The notes under the pieces were generated by a model. The model made no database searches and had not been told where the DNA came from. It worked only from the letters and a program-made list of their open reading frames with translations. Positions 1 to 7,445 of a DNA stretch of 16,859 nucleotides are shown here, one piece after another. Location: assembly GCA_018400815.1 (NCBI GenBank), contig JAGYLS010000038.1:1-16859 (forward strand), read 5' to 3'. The DNA comes from Candidatus Oleincola secundus. Its GTDB lineage: Bacteria > Atribacterota > Phoenicimicrobiia > Phoenicimicrobiales > Stramentimicrobiaceae. The translations under genes were made by a program, and so were the position numbers. The stretch's first letter is position 1. Every line of letters starts with the position of its first letter.

Positions 1-232
1 CCGGAACAACAGAACCACCTACAAAAGGTTTTATTTCTAATCTACCTCCACTGGCCTTAGTAATCGCTTCGCAGAGCTTATCATGGTAGATCTGAGATGG
101 GTCAGTTGCAGGACCATGACCTGAAGATTTCCAAATAATTTTATCCGCAGCCATGGAAAAAGTAAAAGCAACTACTAAAAATATACTAATCAGTAAAATA
201 GTTAGCAATGATTTTCTGTTAAATGTCAACAT
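1..232 (-). CDS. dctP: TRAP transporter substrate-binding protein (DctP/TakP-like), N-terminal part; continues off the left edge
   Basis: Not in the ORF track. Hand translation from ATG 232-230: MLTFNRKSLLTILLISIFLVVAFTFSMAADKIIWKSSGHGPATDPSQIYHDKLCEAITKASGGRLEIKPFVGGSVVP. Signal peptide followed by the DctP-type 'ASGGRLEIKPF.GG.VVP' segment; AGGAGG RBS at 244-239. Confidence 0.88.
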   Translation of the reverse strand, partial: MLTFNRKSLLTILLISIFLVVAFTFSMAADKIIWKSSGHGPATDPSQIYHDKLCEAITKASGGRLEIKPFVGGSVVP

Positions 233-716
233 AATTAACCTCCTATATATCTTGACAATAAAATAACAGTTCGAGTTTGATTTTTTGCTAGTTTTTAAGT
301 CTATGTCAACAAAACATGGACTTTTTTTTATATATTTATCACCCCCTATTTTCACTTTTTTAAGAATACAATTACCATTCTTATATTTAGCATTGCAATG
401 TTTTGTATTTAGTATAGCGACAATCAAATATAATTTTATAGAAATTATACATAGAAAAAAATTAACTATTAACAATAATAAAAATAATCTAATATTACTA
501 TTTCTTTAGTGTGGATGTTGGTATATCTTATTGCCGTGTTTGATATGGAAATCTTAATGTAAACTAATTTATTTTCTACTGCTATTGCATATTTTACTGT
601 AAATTCACTGCTATACTGCTATATTAGTAATTTATTAATATTTACTAAGAAATTTTTAAATTACCTTTTTAAAATTGAACTGTCTATTTAATTGTTAATT
701 ATTTGTCTCCCTTGGT

Positions 717-1859
717 TTATCTTAATTTTAACATATTGCTATTGTTTCTTAAAAAATCTGAAATTGTATTTGCTAATAATTCAATTTTTCTGGACTTTGG
801 AAATTCTATTTCCATAGCAGGGTTTTCAGGTTTAATTAAATAATCAATACCGTGTTCTTTTACTATTATACCAGATTCATCTATTAATGCACTTACAGAG
901 ACTACTGGTATTTGATATTTTTTGGCTACTCTGGCTACTCCGATAGGCGTTTTGCCATAAATTGTAGAGCCATTTATTTCACCTTCTCCGGTAATTACTA
1001 AATCAGCATCCTGTACTATTTCTTCTAATCGAACGGTATTAATAACGATATCTATACCTGGTTTCAGCTCTGCGTTCAGAAAAGCCATCAAGCCGGCACC
1101 AAGGCCACCGGCAGCACCTGCTCCCGGTATATCTTTTATATCTTTGCCCAAATCACGTTTTATGATATCAGCAAAATGAGATAAAGAATTATCAAGAGTA
1201 ACAATCATTTCTTCAGTAGCACCTTTTTGAGGACCATAAATTCGAGAAGCTCCGGTAGGGCCACATAATGGATTCTGGACATCAGAAGCAACTAGTATTT
1301 TTGTTTTGCTGATACGCTCATCCAGATTAGATATATCAATTCGATTTAGTTTGGATAATTGTGCACCACCAAAACCTATCTCTTTTTCGTTATTATCCAA
1401 CAAATAGGTACCTAAGGCCTGTACCATTCCTGCTCCCCCATCATTGGTAGCACTTCCTCCGATACCAATAATCATCGTGCTACATCCATAATCTAAAGCT
1501 GCCTTGATTAATTGACCAGTACCAAAAGTCGTAGTAATCAAGGGGTTTTTCTTTTCAGGTGGAACCAGGGGCAGGCCTGATGCGGAAGCCATTTCAATAG
1601 CGGCAGTGTCTTGGTCACCTAAAACACCAAATGATGCAATCACTTGCTCACCCAATGGACCGATTACTTCTTTCTGGTAAATTTTACCCTGGGTAGCATT
1701 TACCAGGCATTGTACAGTTCCCTCTCCGCCATCTGCCATAGGAATTTTTTCTACTAAAGCCTCTGGATATGCTTTTTTTACACCTTTTTCTAAAGCATCT
1801 GAAACTTCGATTGAAGTTAAGCTACCTTTAAAGGAATCAGGGGCTATTACAATTTTCAT
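717..1859 (-). CDS. glxK: Glycerate kinase (GlxK/GarK family)
   Basis: 380 aa; motifs MKIVIAPDSFKGSL, PMADGGEGT, GIGGSATNDGG, YGPQKGA, PGAGAAGGLG, DLVITGEG, GKTPIGVA. Confidence 0.96.
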   Translation of the reverse strand: MKIVIAPDSFKGSLTSIEVSDALEKGVKKAYPEALVEKIPMADGGEGTVQCLVNATQGKIYQKEVIGPLGEQVIASFGVLGDQDTAAIEMASASGLPLVPPEKKNPLITTTFGTGQLIKAALDYGCSTMIIGIGGSATNDGGAGMVQALGTYLLDNNEKEIGFGGAQLSKLNRIDISNLDERISKTKILVASDVQNPLCGPTGASRIYGPQKGATEEMIVTLDNSLSHFADIIKRDLGKDIKDIPGAGAAGGLGAGLMAFLNAELKPGIDIVINTVRLEEIVQDADLVITGEGEINGSTIYGKTPIGVARVAKKYQIPVVSVSALIDESGIIVKEHGIDYLIKPENPAMEIEFPKSRKIELLANTISDFLRNNSNMLKLR

Positions 1860-1976
1860 TATATCTCTTTTTCCTTTACTCTGAATGTATTTAAGAGTAA
1901 ATTATTATTTAACTAAATATTCATATTGATATTATAAAAGACTTTATCATTTTATTCTTTGGATATTATTACAATA

Positions 1977-2034
1977 ATTATAGTTAATTTGAAGTTATTT
2001 TATGTGAATATTGACTAATAATTGGTGAATATTG
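1977..2034 (-). promoter_or_regulatory. Putative activator-dependent promoter of glxK with two candidate CdaR boxes
   Basis: Minus-strand TATAAT at 1982-1977. Exact 10-bp direct repeat GTGAATATTG (+ strand) at 2004-2013 and 2025-2034, 21-bp period; the proximal copy overlaps the expected -35 position, which has no consensus. Confidence 0.5.
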
Positions 2035-2049
2035 GTTTAATATTTATTT

Positions 2050-3264
2050 TTAATCTTCCTGAAGACATTTCATTTTTAAGGCAATATATAGTTGCAAAGC
2101 ATGCTCGAACTTTCGTGGGTCAAGGCCGGTAAATTGTTTTATCCTTTCCAAACGATAAAGAAGAGTGTTACGATGAATATAAATTGATTTGGCAGTATCA
2201 GTAATGTTTAGATTGTTATCAAAAAATGCCTGTAGTGTTTCCCAAAAAACCGGCTTTAGTTTTTTGCCCGTATTATCTCTATAGATGTAGTGAATAAAAT
2301 CATTGCGGGTCTCTGGACTGATTTCTGCAAATAGCCGGCTAATGCCCAAATGGGCAATATGGTGTATACCTATTTTGTCATTTGTTTTATCTCCAATTTC
2401 CAGGGCACGGCAAGCTTCTCGGTATGAACGTTTAATTCCCTTGATACCGGGATGGTATTCCCCTATCCCGATGGATGCCTGAAATTTTCTTTGTGCTAGA
2501 ATAGCATTTTTTATTTTTCGACTTGTTGTTATAGATTTTTCTCTAATAACTTCGGACTTATCATGAAGATTGACAGTTTTAAGCACTAAAAAACGATCTC
2601 CTCCAATATAGGATATAATGTCCTGAGGTTGATAAATAAAAAAATCTCGAATTGTTCTTAAGACATCATTCTTTAACCTCTGCAGATATATTTCTCCTTC
2701 TTTTAACCCGCTGTATTTCTGTAAACTCTTCTTGGCAGTTTTCCCAAAACGATAAATATTAATCACTAATGCAATTCTGGGTAAGGTAATGTCATAACCA
2801 ACAATCTGTCCTCGTGCAATAAACAAATCATTATCATTACCCACTCTCCCAGAGATAAGGTCATGAATGAAGTTGTCTCTGGCCTGTCTTTCCAGGTCAA
2901 CCTCTTTCAACAGAAATTGCTGCTGTAGCATCATCTCAACTGTTATCTTGATGACTTCTCCGAAAGGCCCGACTTCGTCAGGATTTCCGGTAATGCCAAC
3001 TACCCCGATAATCTTTTTGTTATCTTCAATTGGTAAATTAACTCCAGCCTTAACTCCAATTAAATGGTTTTTATTTTCAGGATAAATAAATATTTTTTCT
3101 TTATTTTTTATCACCAGAGCAGCACCTTCATGATATTTATTCAGACGCTTTTTATCTCCCGTACCTATGATATAACCGTTCTCATCCATAATATTAATAT
3201 TTTTTCCAAGTATATTGATAGTCCTATCAACAATTTGCTGGGCTAATTGGTGGGTAATTTTCAA
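2050..3264 (-). CDS. cdaR: CdaR/SdaR-family sugar-diacid transcriptional activator (diacid recognition domain, GGDEF-like domain, PucR-type HTH)
   Basis: 404 aa, TTG start with GAAGGGGG RBS. N-terminal LAQQIVDRT..NINIMD..G.IIGTGD..R...HEGA and GVNLPI..IGVVGITG; C-terminal TAKSIYIHRNTLLYRLERI...TGLDP HTH. Adjacent to glycerate kinase. Confidence 0.93.
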   Translation of the reverse strand: MKITHQLAQQIVDRTINILGKNINIMDENGYIIGTGDKKRLNKYHEGAALVIKNKEKIFIYPENKNHLIGVKAGVNLPIEDNKKIIGVVGITGNPDEVGPFGEVIKITVEMMLQQQFLLKEVDLERQARDNFIHDLISGRVGNDNDLFIARGQIVGYDITLPRIALVINIYRFGKTAKKSLQKYSGLKEGEIYLQRLKNDVLRTIRDFFIYQPQDIISYIGGDRFLVLKTVNLHDKSEVIREKSITTSRKIKNAILAQRKFQASIGIGEYHPGIKGIKRSYREACRALEIGDKTNDKIGIHHIAHLGISRLFAEISPETRNDFIHYIYRDNTGKKLKPVFWETLQAFFDNNLNITDTAKSIYIHRNTLLYRLERIKQFTGLDPRKFEHALQLYIALKMKCLQED

Positions 3265-3321
3265 TTAACAGACCCCCTTCCTTGATTTTAGAATAACTGG
3301 GGACATAAATAGCAAATATCG

Positions 3322-3380
3322 CACCCGCTTAGCGGGTGGCTTTAAGAACCTCTAAAAGAGGTTTAACCTTTTATTGGTTA
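3322..3380. repeat. Cluster of three adjacent hairpins, reminiscent of an IS200/IS605-type element end
   Basis: CACCCGC-TTA-GCGGGTG (3322-3338), AACCTCT-AAA-AGAGGTT (3347-3363), TAACC-TTTTATT-GGTTA (3364-3380). The hairpins are seen directly; the IS200 resemblance is from memory only. Confidence 0.45.
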
Positions 3381-3496
3381 GTATTTGTTTTGCTTTTTTC
3401 TACTATTTTAACTGAATATTTCTAAACATTAGAAATGTTTGCTTTGGACTGCAGGTGAAAAATTATCAGATAGATTCTCTTGTTCTTTTTTATGGT

Positions 3497-3550
3497 AAAA
3501 ACAATTTAACCATTACCACCTTCTTAAAAGGTGGTTTTTCATGGTTAAAT
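3497..3550 (-). terminator. Intrinsic terminator closing the pur operon after purN (possibly bidirectional)
   Basis: Outer arms ATTTAACCAT (3504-3513) / ATGGTTAAAT (3541-3550) and inner arms ACCACCTT (3515-3522) / AAGGTGGT (3528-3535). Followed by TGTTTTT on the minus strand; begins 3 nt after the purN stop. Confidence 0.75.
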
Positions 3551-3553
3551 AAC

Positions 3554-4159
3554 TTATTCTTTAATATAAACCTTATTATTTTGAATATGTATCTTGTTTT
3601 GAGCAAATAACTGAATTGCTCTGGGCAAGAGTTGGTGCTCATATTCTAATATTCTTTTAGAAAGTGTTTCCTCGCTATCAGATTGCCTTACTTCAACCGC
3701 TTTCTGAAGAATAATAGGACCGGTATCCATTCCTTCATCAACAAAATGAACAGTACATCCACTTATTTTAACACCATATTCTATGGCCTGTCTCTGGGCA
3801 TGTAACCCTTGGAAAGAAGGTAACAAAGCAGGATGAATATTAATTATACGATGTCTATATTCTTTAATAATCCTTGAACCCAATAAGCGCATATAACCAG
3901 CCAGGGAAATTAGGTCTATATTATTAGTTATAAGGCAATTTAATATTTCCTGCTCATATTCTTCTTTGCTCTTGTATTGCTTATAAGGAAATACCATTGT
4001 GTCTATCTGATTATTCTGGGCCCTCTTCAAGGCATAAGCTTCCGGATTATCACTAATTACTATTTTTATCTTTCCATCAATTTTTTCTGCTTTTATCGCG
4101 TCAATAATTGCCTGTAAATTTGTCCCTCTTCCGGAAGCCAACACTGCAATATTAATCAT
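3554..4159 (-). CDS. purN: Phosphoribosylglycinamide formyltransferase
   Basis: ASGRGTNLQAI phosphate loop, LAGYMRLL, INIHPALLPSF (catalytic N/H), GCTVHFVDEGMDTGPII. Confidence 0.97.
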   Translation of the reverse strand: MINIAVLASGRGTNLQAIIDAIKAEKIDGKIKIVISDNPEAYALKRAQNNQIDTMVFPYKQYKSKEEYEQEILNCLITNNIDLISLAGYMRLLGSRIIKEYRHRIINIHPALLPSFQGLHAQRQAIEYGVKISGCTVHFVDEGMDTGPIILQKAVEVRQSDSEETLSKRILEYEHQLLPRAIQLFAQNKIHIQNNKVYIKE

Positions 4160-4243
4160 TTTTTTTCTTTCCTTTTCTCTTCAAACCTCTTTAGGACTTT
4201 AGGTAAAAAATATTGTATTTCTTAATCTTTGTATTATCATTCC

Positions 4244-5284
4244 TCAATAAATACATATTCTCTTTTCGTCGGAACCATCCTGGGTAATAACTTCCCCAAT
4301 ATGGTATGCCGATTCTCCTGACTGTTTTAAATCTTGCAATATGGATTTCTTTTTCTCAGCTGCTACTATCATGACCAGGCCGATTCCCATATTAAACGTG
4401 TGATACATTTCCTTATCACTAATTTTCCCTTTATCCTGAATAAGTTTAAAAATAGATAAATGAGGCCAATTATCTTTATATATATTAGCAGCTGTACCTT
4501 GTGGCAAAATACGGGGAATGTTATCATAAAATCCTCCACCGGTGATATGGACAATACCTTTAATCTGAAATTTTTCCAGTAATGATAAAATGCCATTTAC
4601 ATATATTCTGGTAGGTTTGAGTAATTCTTCTCCCAGGCTTATATTTAAATTTCCCGAAAACTCATTTAAATCAATTTTTTCCTGTTCAAGCAATATTTTA
4701 CGTACCAGGGAAAATCCATTGCTATGCAACCCTGAGGAAGCCATACCAATTAGAATATCTCCCGGTTTAATGTTTTCACCGGTTATAATTTTTTTTCTTT
4801 CTACAATCCCTACGGCAAATCCAGATAAATCATATTCCCCTTTTGGATAAAATCCGGGCATCTCTGCTGTTTCTCCACCCAACAGTGCGCATCCTGCTTT
4901 TTTGCACCCCTGAGTAATTCCTTTTATAATATCAAACATTTTGCTCTTTTCCAGTTTTCCTGTTGCCAGGTAATCCAGGAAAAAAATAGGTTTGGCACCA
5001 CAGGTTAAAATATCATTTACACACATTGCTACCAGGTCAATACCTATTGTATTATGCTTTTTTATTAAATTGGCAATCATTAATTTAGTGCCTACACCAT
5101 CAGTACCTGAGACTAAAACCGGATCTTCGATTTTTTCCTGGGAAAGAGAAAACAACCCGGCAAAATTACCAATCTCGTTCATAACACCGGGTATGTGTGT
5201 TGAATTAATCATAGGCTTAACTTTATCGATAATACTGTTGGCTAATTCAATATCCACTCCGGATTTTTTATAGGCATCTTTCAT
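4244..5284 (-). CDS. purM: Phosphoribosylformylglycinamidine cyclo-ligase (AIR synthetase)
   Basis: YKKSGVDI, SGTDGVGTK, GIDLVAMCVND, FLDYLATG, GGETAEMPG, SSGLHSNGFSL, HITGGG, TFNMGIG. Confidence 0.97.
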   Translation of the reverse strand: MKDAYKKSGVDIELANSIIDKVKPMINSTHIPGVMNEIGNFAGLFSLSQEKIEDPVLVSGTDGVGTKLMIANLIKKHNTIGIDLVAMCVNDILTCGAKPIFFLDYLATGKLEKSKMFDIIKGITQGCKKAGCALLGGETAEMPGFYPKGEYDLSGFAVGIVERKKIITGENIKPGDILIGMASSGLHSNGFSLVRKILLEQEKIDLNEFSGNLNISLGEELLKPTRIYVNGILSLLEKFQIKGIVHITGGGFYDNIPRILPQGTAANIYKDNWPHLSIFKLIQDKGKISDKEMYHTFNMGIGLVMIVAAEKKKSILQDLKQSGESAYHIGEVITQDGSDEKRICIY

Positions 5285-5330
5285 TTTTTATTCCTTTCGC
5301 TTTCTTTCTAGCAATATTTACTTGTATAGT

Positions 5331-5362
5331 TAGTATACCGTATTACGTATAACGTATACCGT
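5331..5362 (-). repeat. Heptamer-periodic repeat array, inverted relative to the 5614/6039 copies
   Basis: TAGTATA CCGTATT ACGTATA ACGTATA CCGT. Its reverse complement matches 25 of 32 positions of the heptamer core of the 5614-5659 copy. Confidence 0.75.
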
Positions 5363-5371
5363 TAAAGACAA

Positions 5372-5407
5372 AAAACTTTATTTGAAAGTTAAACAAAATC
5401 AAAGAGT
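5372..5407. repeat. Dispersed repeat, copy A (shared with 14911-14942)
   Basis: AAAACTTTATTTGAA-AGTTA-AACAAAATCAAAGAGT; the last 16 bp are identical to 14927-14942. Confidence 0.65.
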
Positions 5408-5613
5408 AAAAAAACTATATTTTGGTTTTACGCATTTTTGTACCAACCGATTTATCCATCCTGCATTATATTATTTCTTTTTAATAAAATAAAGATTTAG
5501 TATAACAAAAAGACAAAAAATACGCCTATAATTATATCGTTGCTAGTTTGCTTAAATAGTAAATAATCTTATTCCATTATTCCCATATTGCAAACTTCTT
5601 GCCTACATATATT

Positions 5614-5659
5614 CTTACACTATTTTACGTTATACGATATACAGTATACGTAATACTAT
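5614..5659 (+). repeat. 46-bp direct repeat, copy 1 (internal 7-bp periodicity TACGTTA/TACGATA/TACAGTA/TACGTAA)
   Basis: CTTACACTATTTTACGTTATACGATATACAGTATACGTAATACTAT; 44/46 identical to 6039-6084. Confidence 0.92.
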
Positions 5660-5663
5660 TCTA

Positions 5664-5868
5664 GTCATTGCGAACAAAAAGTGATAAAGCAATCTTATTC
5701 ACAATTTCTCGAATGATTTATTTCCTCCCCCTCACCCTGACCCTCTCCCTCGGAGGGGAGAGGGAAGTTTTCGAAAAATGACAACCGTTTATTATCTTGC
5801 ATCTTAATAATTGGTAAATTATAGATTGCTCATTACTTGTACTATAAGGATATCTTTATTAACAATGA
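5664..5868. repeat. Degenerate REP/RPE-like palindromic element of the GTCATTGCG..GCAATCT / AGATTGC..CAATGA type
   Basis: GTCATTGCGA (5664-5673) and AGCAATCT (5688-5695) are mirrored by AGATTGCT (5823-5830) and CAATGA (5863-5868); the element encloses the BoxC-like hairpin. Confidence 0.55.
5727..5766 (+). repeat. BoxC-like GC-rich palindromic repeat
   Basis: CCCCCTCACCCTGA-CCCTCTCCC-TCGGAG-GGGAGAGGG-AA: pyrimidine-rich tail plus 9-bp stem (5741-5749 / 5756-5764). Matches the recalled CCCCTCACCCTAACCCTCTCCC...GGGAGAGGG family and stands out as a GC island in AT-rich DNA. Confidence 0.7.
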
Positions 5869-5916
5869 TTAATTTGTGTTATCCTGATACTGAAATATTG
5901 TATGGTTTATTTTTTT

Positions 5917-5996
5917 GTCATTGCGCGTATTTTATGTACATAAGTTTAATGGAACCTGACCCTTAACTAATGCTAAGAATCAAGTGAGGCAATCTC
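5917..5996 (+). repeat. Second, half copy of the GTCATTGCG..GCAATCTC REP-like element
   Basis: GTCATTGCG at 5917-5925 and GGCAATCTC at 5988-5996, same order and orientation as 5664-5695 but with a longer spacer. Confidence 0.5.
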
Positions 5997-6038
5997 ATCC
6001 TGTTATTTTTACATCTTAAATCTTTGCTTTCACTTATG

Positions 6039-6084
6039 CTTACGCTATTTTACGTTATACGATATACAGTATACGTTATACTAT
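6039..6084 (+). repeat. 46-bp direct repeat, copy 2, 2 nt from the purF stop codon
   Basis: CTTACGCTATTTTACGTTATACGATATACAGTATACGTTATACTAT; two mismatches to copy 1. Confidence 0.92.
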
Positions 6085-6086
6085 CT

Positions 6087-7445
6087 TCATATTGGATATT
6101 TTCCGCTAAAACAGGCGGTACAAAAATCCGAAGGTTGATTTTTTTCAAAAACACCGGTTAAACCTTCCAGACTTATATAGCCTAAAGAATCTGCACCTAT
6201 CCATTGACTGATTTGCTCAACAGAGAATCGAGTTGCCCACAACTCTTCTCTCTTAGGTGTATCAATACCATAATGGCAGGGACAATTAACAGGAGGAGAG
6301 CTAATTCTGACATGTACTTCTTTGGCACCGGCATTTTTCAGTAATTTGACCAGTTTTCTACTGGTAGTTCCTCTTACAATTGAATCATCAACCATCACAA
6401 TCCGTTTTCCATTTACAATACCAGGGATGGGAGAAAGTTTTAACTTAACGGAATGTTCTCTTAGTATCTGGTTCGGCTGAATAAAAGTACGCCCAATGTA
6501 GGGATTTTTAAGAAGACCTTCCTGATAAGGAATACCTGATCCCTGGGAATAGCCCAATGCAGCAAAACGTCCCGAGTCCGGAACCGGGATAACCATATCT
6601 GCATCAACCGGATGTTCTTGAGCTAATTTCTGACCAATTCTCTCTCTTATAACCGCTACGTTTTCTCCAAATACATTACTATCGGGCCGGGCAAAATAAA
6701 TGTGCTCAAAAATACATAAAGCTTTTTGTTTGCACGGTATAAGTTGTCTGGATTTACAACTATTTTTTTCAATTACTACCATTTCTCCCGGTTTTATTTC
6801 CCGAATATATTTTGCATTAATTAAAGGTAAAGCACTATCCTCTGAGGAAATTACATAACCTTCTTCTGATTTACCCAAAACAAGGGGATGAAAACCAAAA
6901 TTATCACGCAAACCTATTAATTTATTCTCAGTTAGAACAACCAGACAGAAAGCACCCTTTATTTTTAAAACTACTTCTTCCAAGGCCTTTTCAATATCTT
7001 TTTCCTCAGTCGCACCAATCAATTGACAAAGCAAATGACTATCTGCATTACGTTTTTTAAGAAGCAATGACTTTGAAGATAAATTTTCTTTCAACTCATT
7101 CTGATTAATCAGGTGGCCATTATGGGCAAGGGAAAAAGATCCTCCGGGATATTGGTTTAGAATTGGCTGACTATTTTCCCAATTATTAGCACCGGCTGTC
7201 GAATATCGCACATGGCCAATAGCAGCATTCCCCTGTAAGGTATTTAAAATTCCTTCATCAAATACTTCGGACACCAAACCCAGATCGCGATAAATTAATA
7301 TATTTTTCCCACTGGAAACCGCGATACCGGCACTTTCCTGCCCTCGATGCTGAAGTGCAAAAATGCCTAAATAAGCTAACTTTGCTACATCCAGTTTTTG
7401 TTGACTTTGATTAAAAATACCAAAAACACCGCATTCTTCATTCAT
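6087..7445 (-). CDS. purF: Amidophosphoribosyltransferase (B. subtilis-type: propeptide plus [4Fe-4S] cysteines)
   Basis: MNEE-CGVFG (Ntn Cys), LQHRGQESAG, GHVRYST, CIFEHIYFARPDS, PRPP loop MVDDSIVRGTT, CHYGID, CTACFSG. Overlaps the purL' stop by 8 bp. Confidence 0.97.
   Translation of the reverse strand: MNEECGVFGIFNQSQQKLDVAKLAYLGIFALQHRGQESAGIAVSSGKNILIYRDLGLVSEVFDEGILNTLQGNAAIGHVRYSTAGANNWENSQPILNQYPGGSFSLAHNGHLINQNELKENLSSKSLLLKKRNADSHLLCQLIGATEEKDIEKALEEVVLKIKGAFCLVVLTENKLIGLRDNFGFHPLVLGKSEEGYVISSEDSALPLINAKYIREIKPGEMVVIEKNSCKSRQLIPCKQKALCIFEHIYFARPDSNVFGENVAVIRERIGQKLAQEHPVDADMVIPVPDSGRFAALGYSQGSGIPYQEGLLKNPYIGRTFIQPNQILREHSVKLKLSPIPGIVNGKRIVMVDDSIVRGTTSRKLVKLLKNAGAKEVHVRISSPPVNCPCHYGIDTPKREELWATRFSVEQISQWIGADSLGYISLEGLTGVFEKNQPSDFCTACFSGKYPI

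Noticed and set aside
285..509. 74-aa + strand ORF in the dctP-glxK gap
   Set aside because: TTG start without an RBS, F/I/N/K-rich composition typical of AT-rich noncoding DNA, no recognisable motif.
578..648. ACTGCTAT x3 (578, 607, 615) and imperfect palindrome TTAGTAA..TTACTAA (624-648)
   Set aside because: Short, in very AT-rich DNA, and not assignable to a known regulator or terminator; may be chance.
5497..5577. Possible pseudogene stub on the minus strand (ME*DYLLFKQTSNDIIIGVFF...), faintly like a GxxExxY-protein N-terminus
   Set aside because: Too short, interrupted by a stop, and lacks the GxxExxY motif; cannot be supported without a TBLASTN search.
5614..6084. CRISPR interpretation of the 46-bp direct repeats
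   Set aside because: Only two copies, 379 bp apart, with internal heptamer periodicity and no cas genes in the window.
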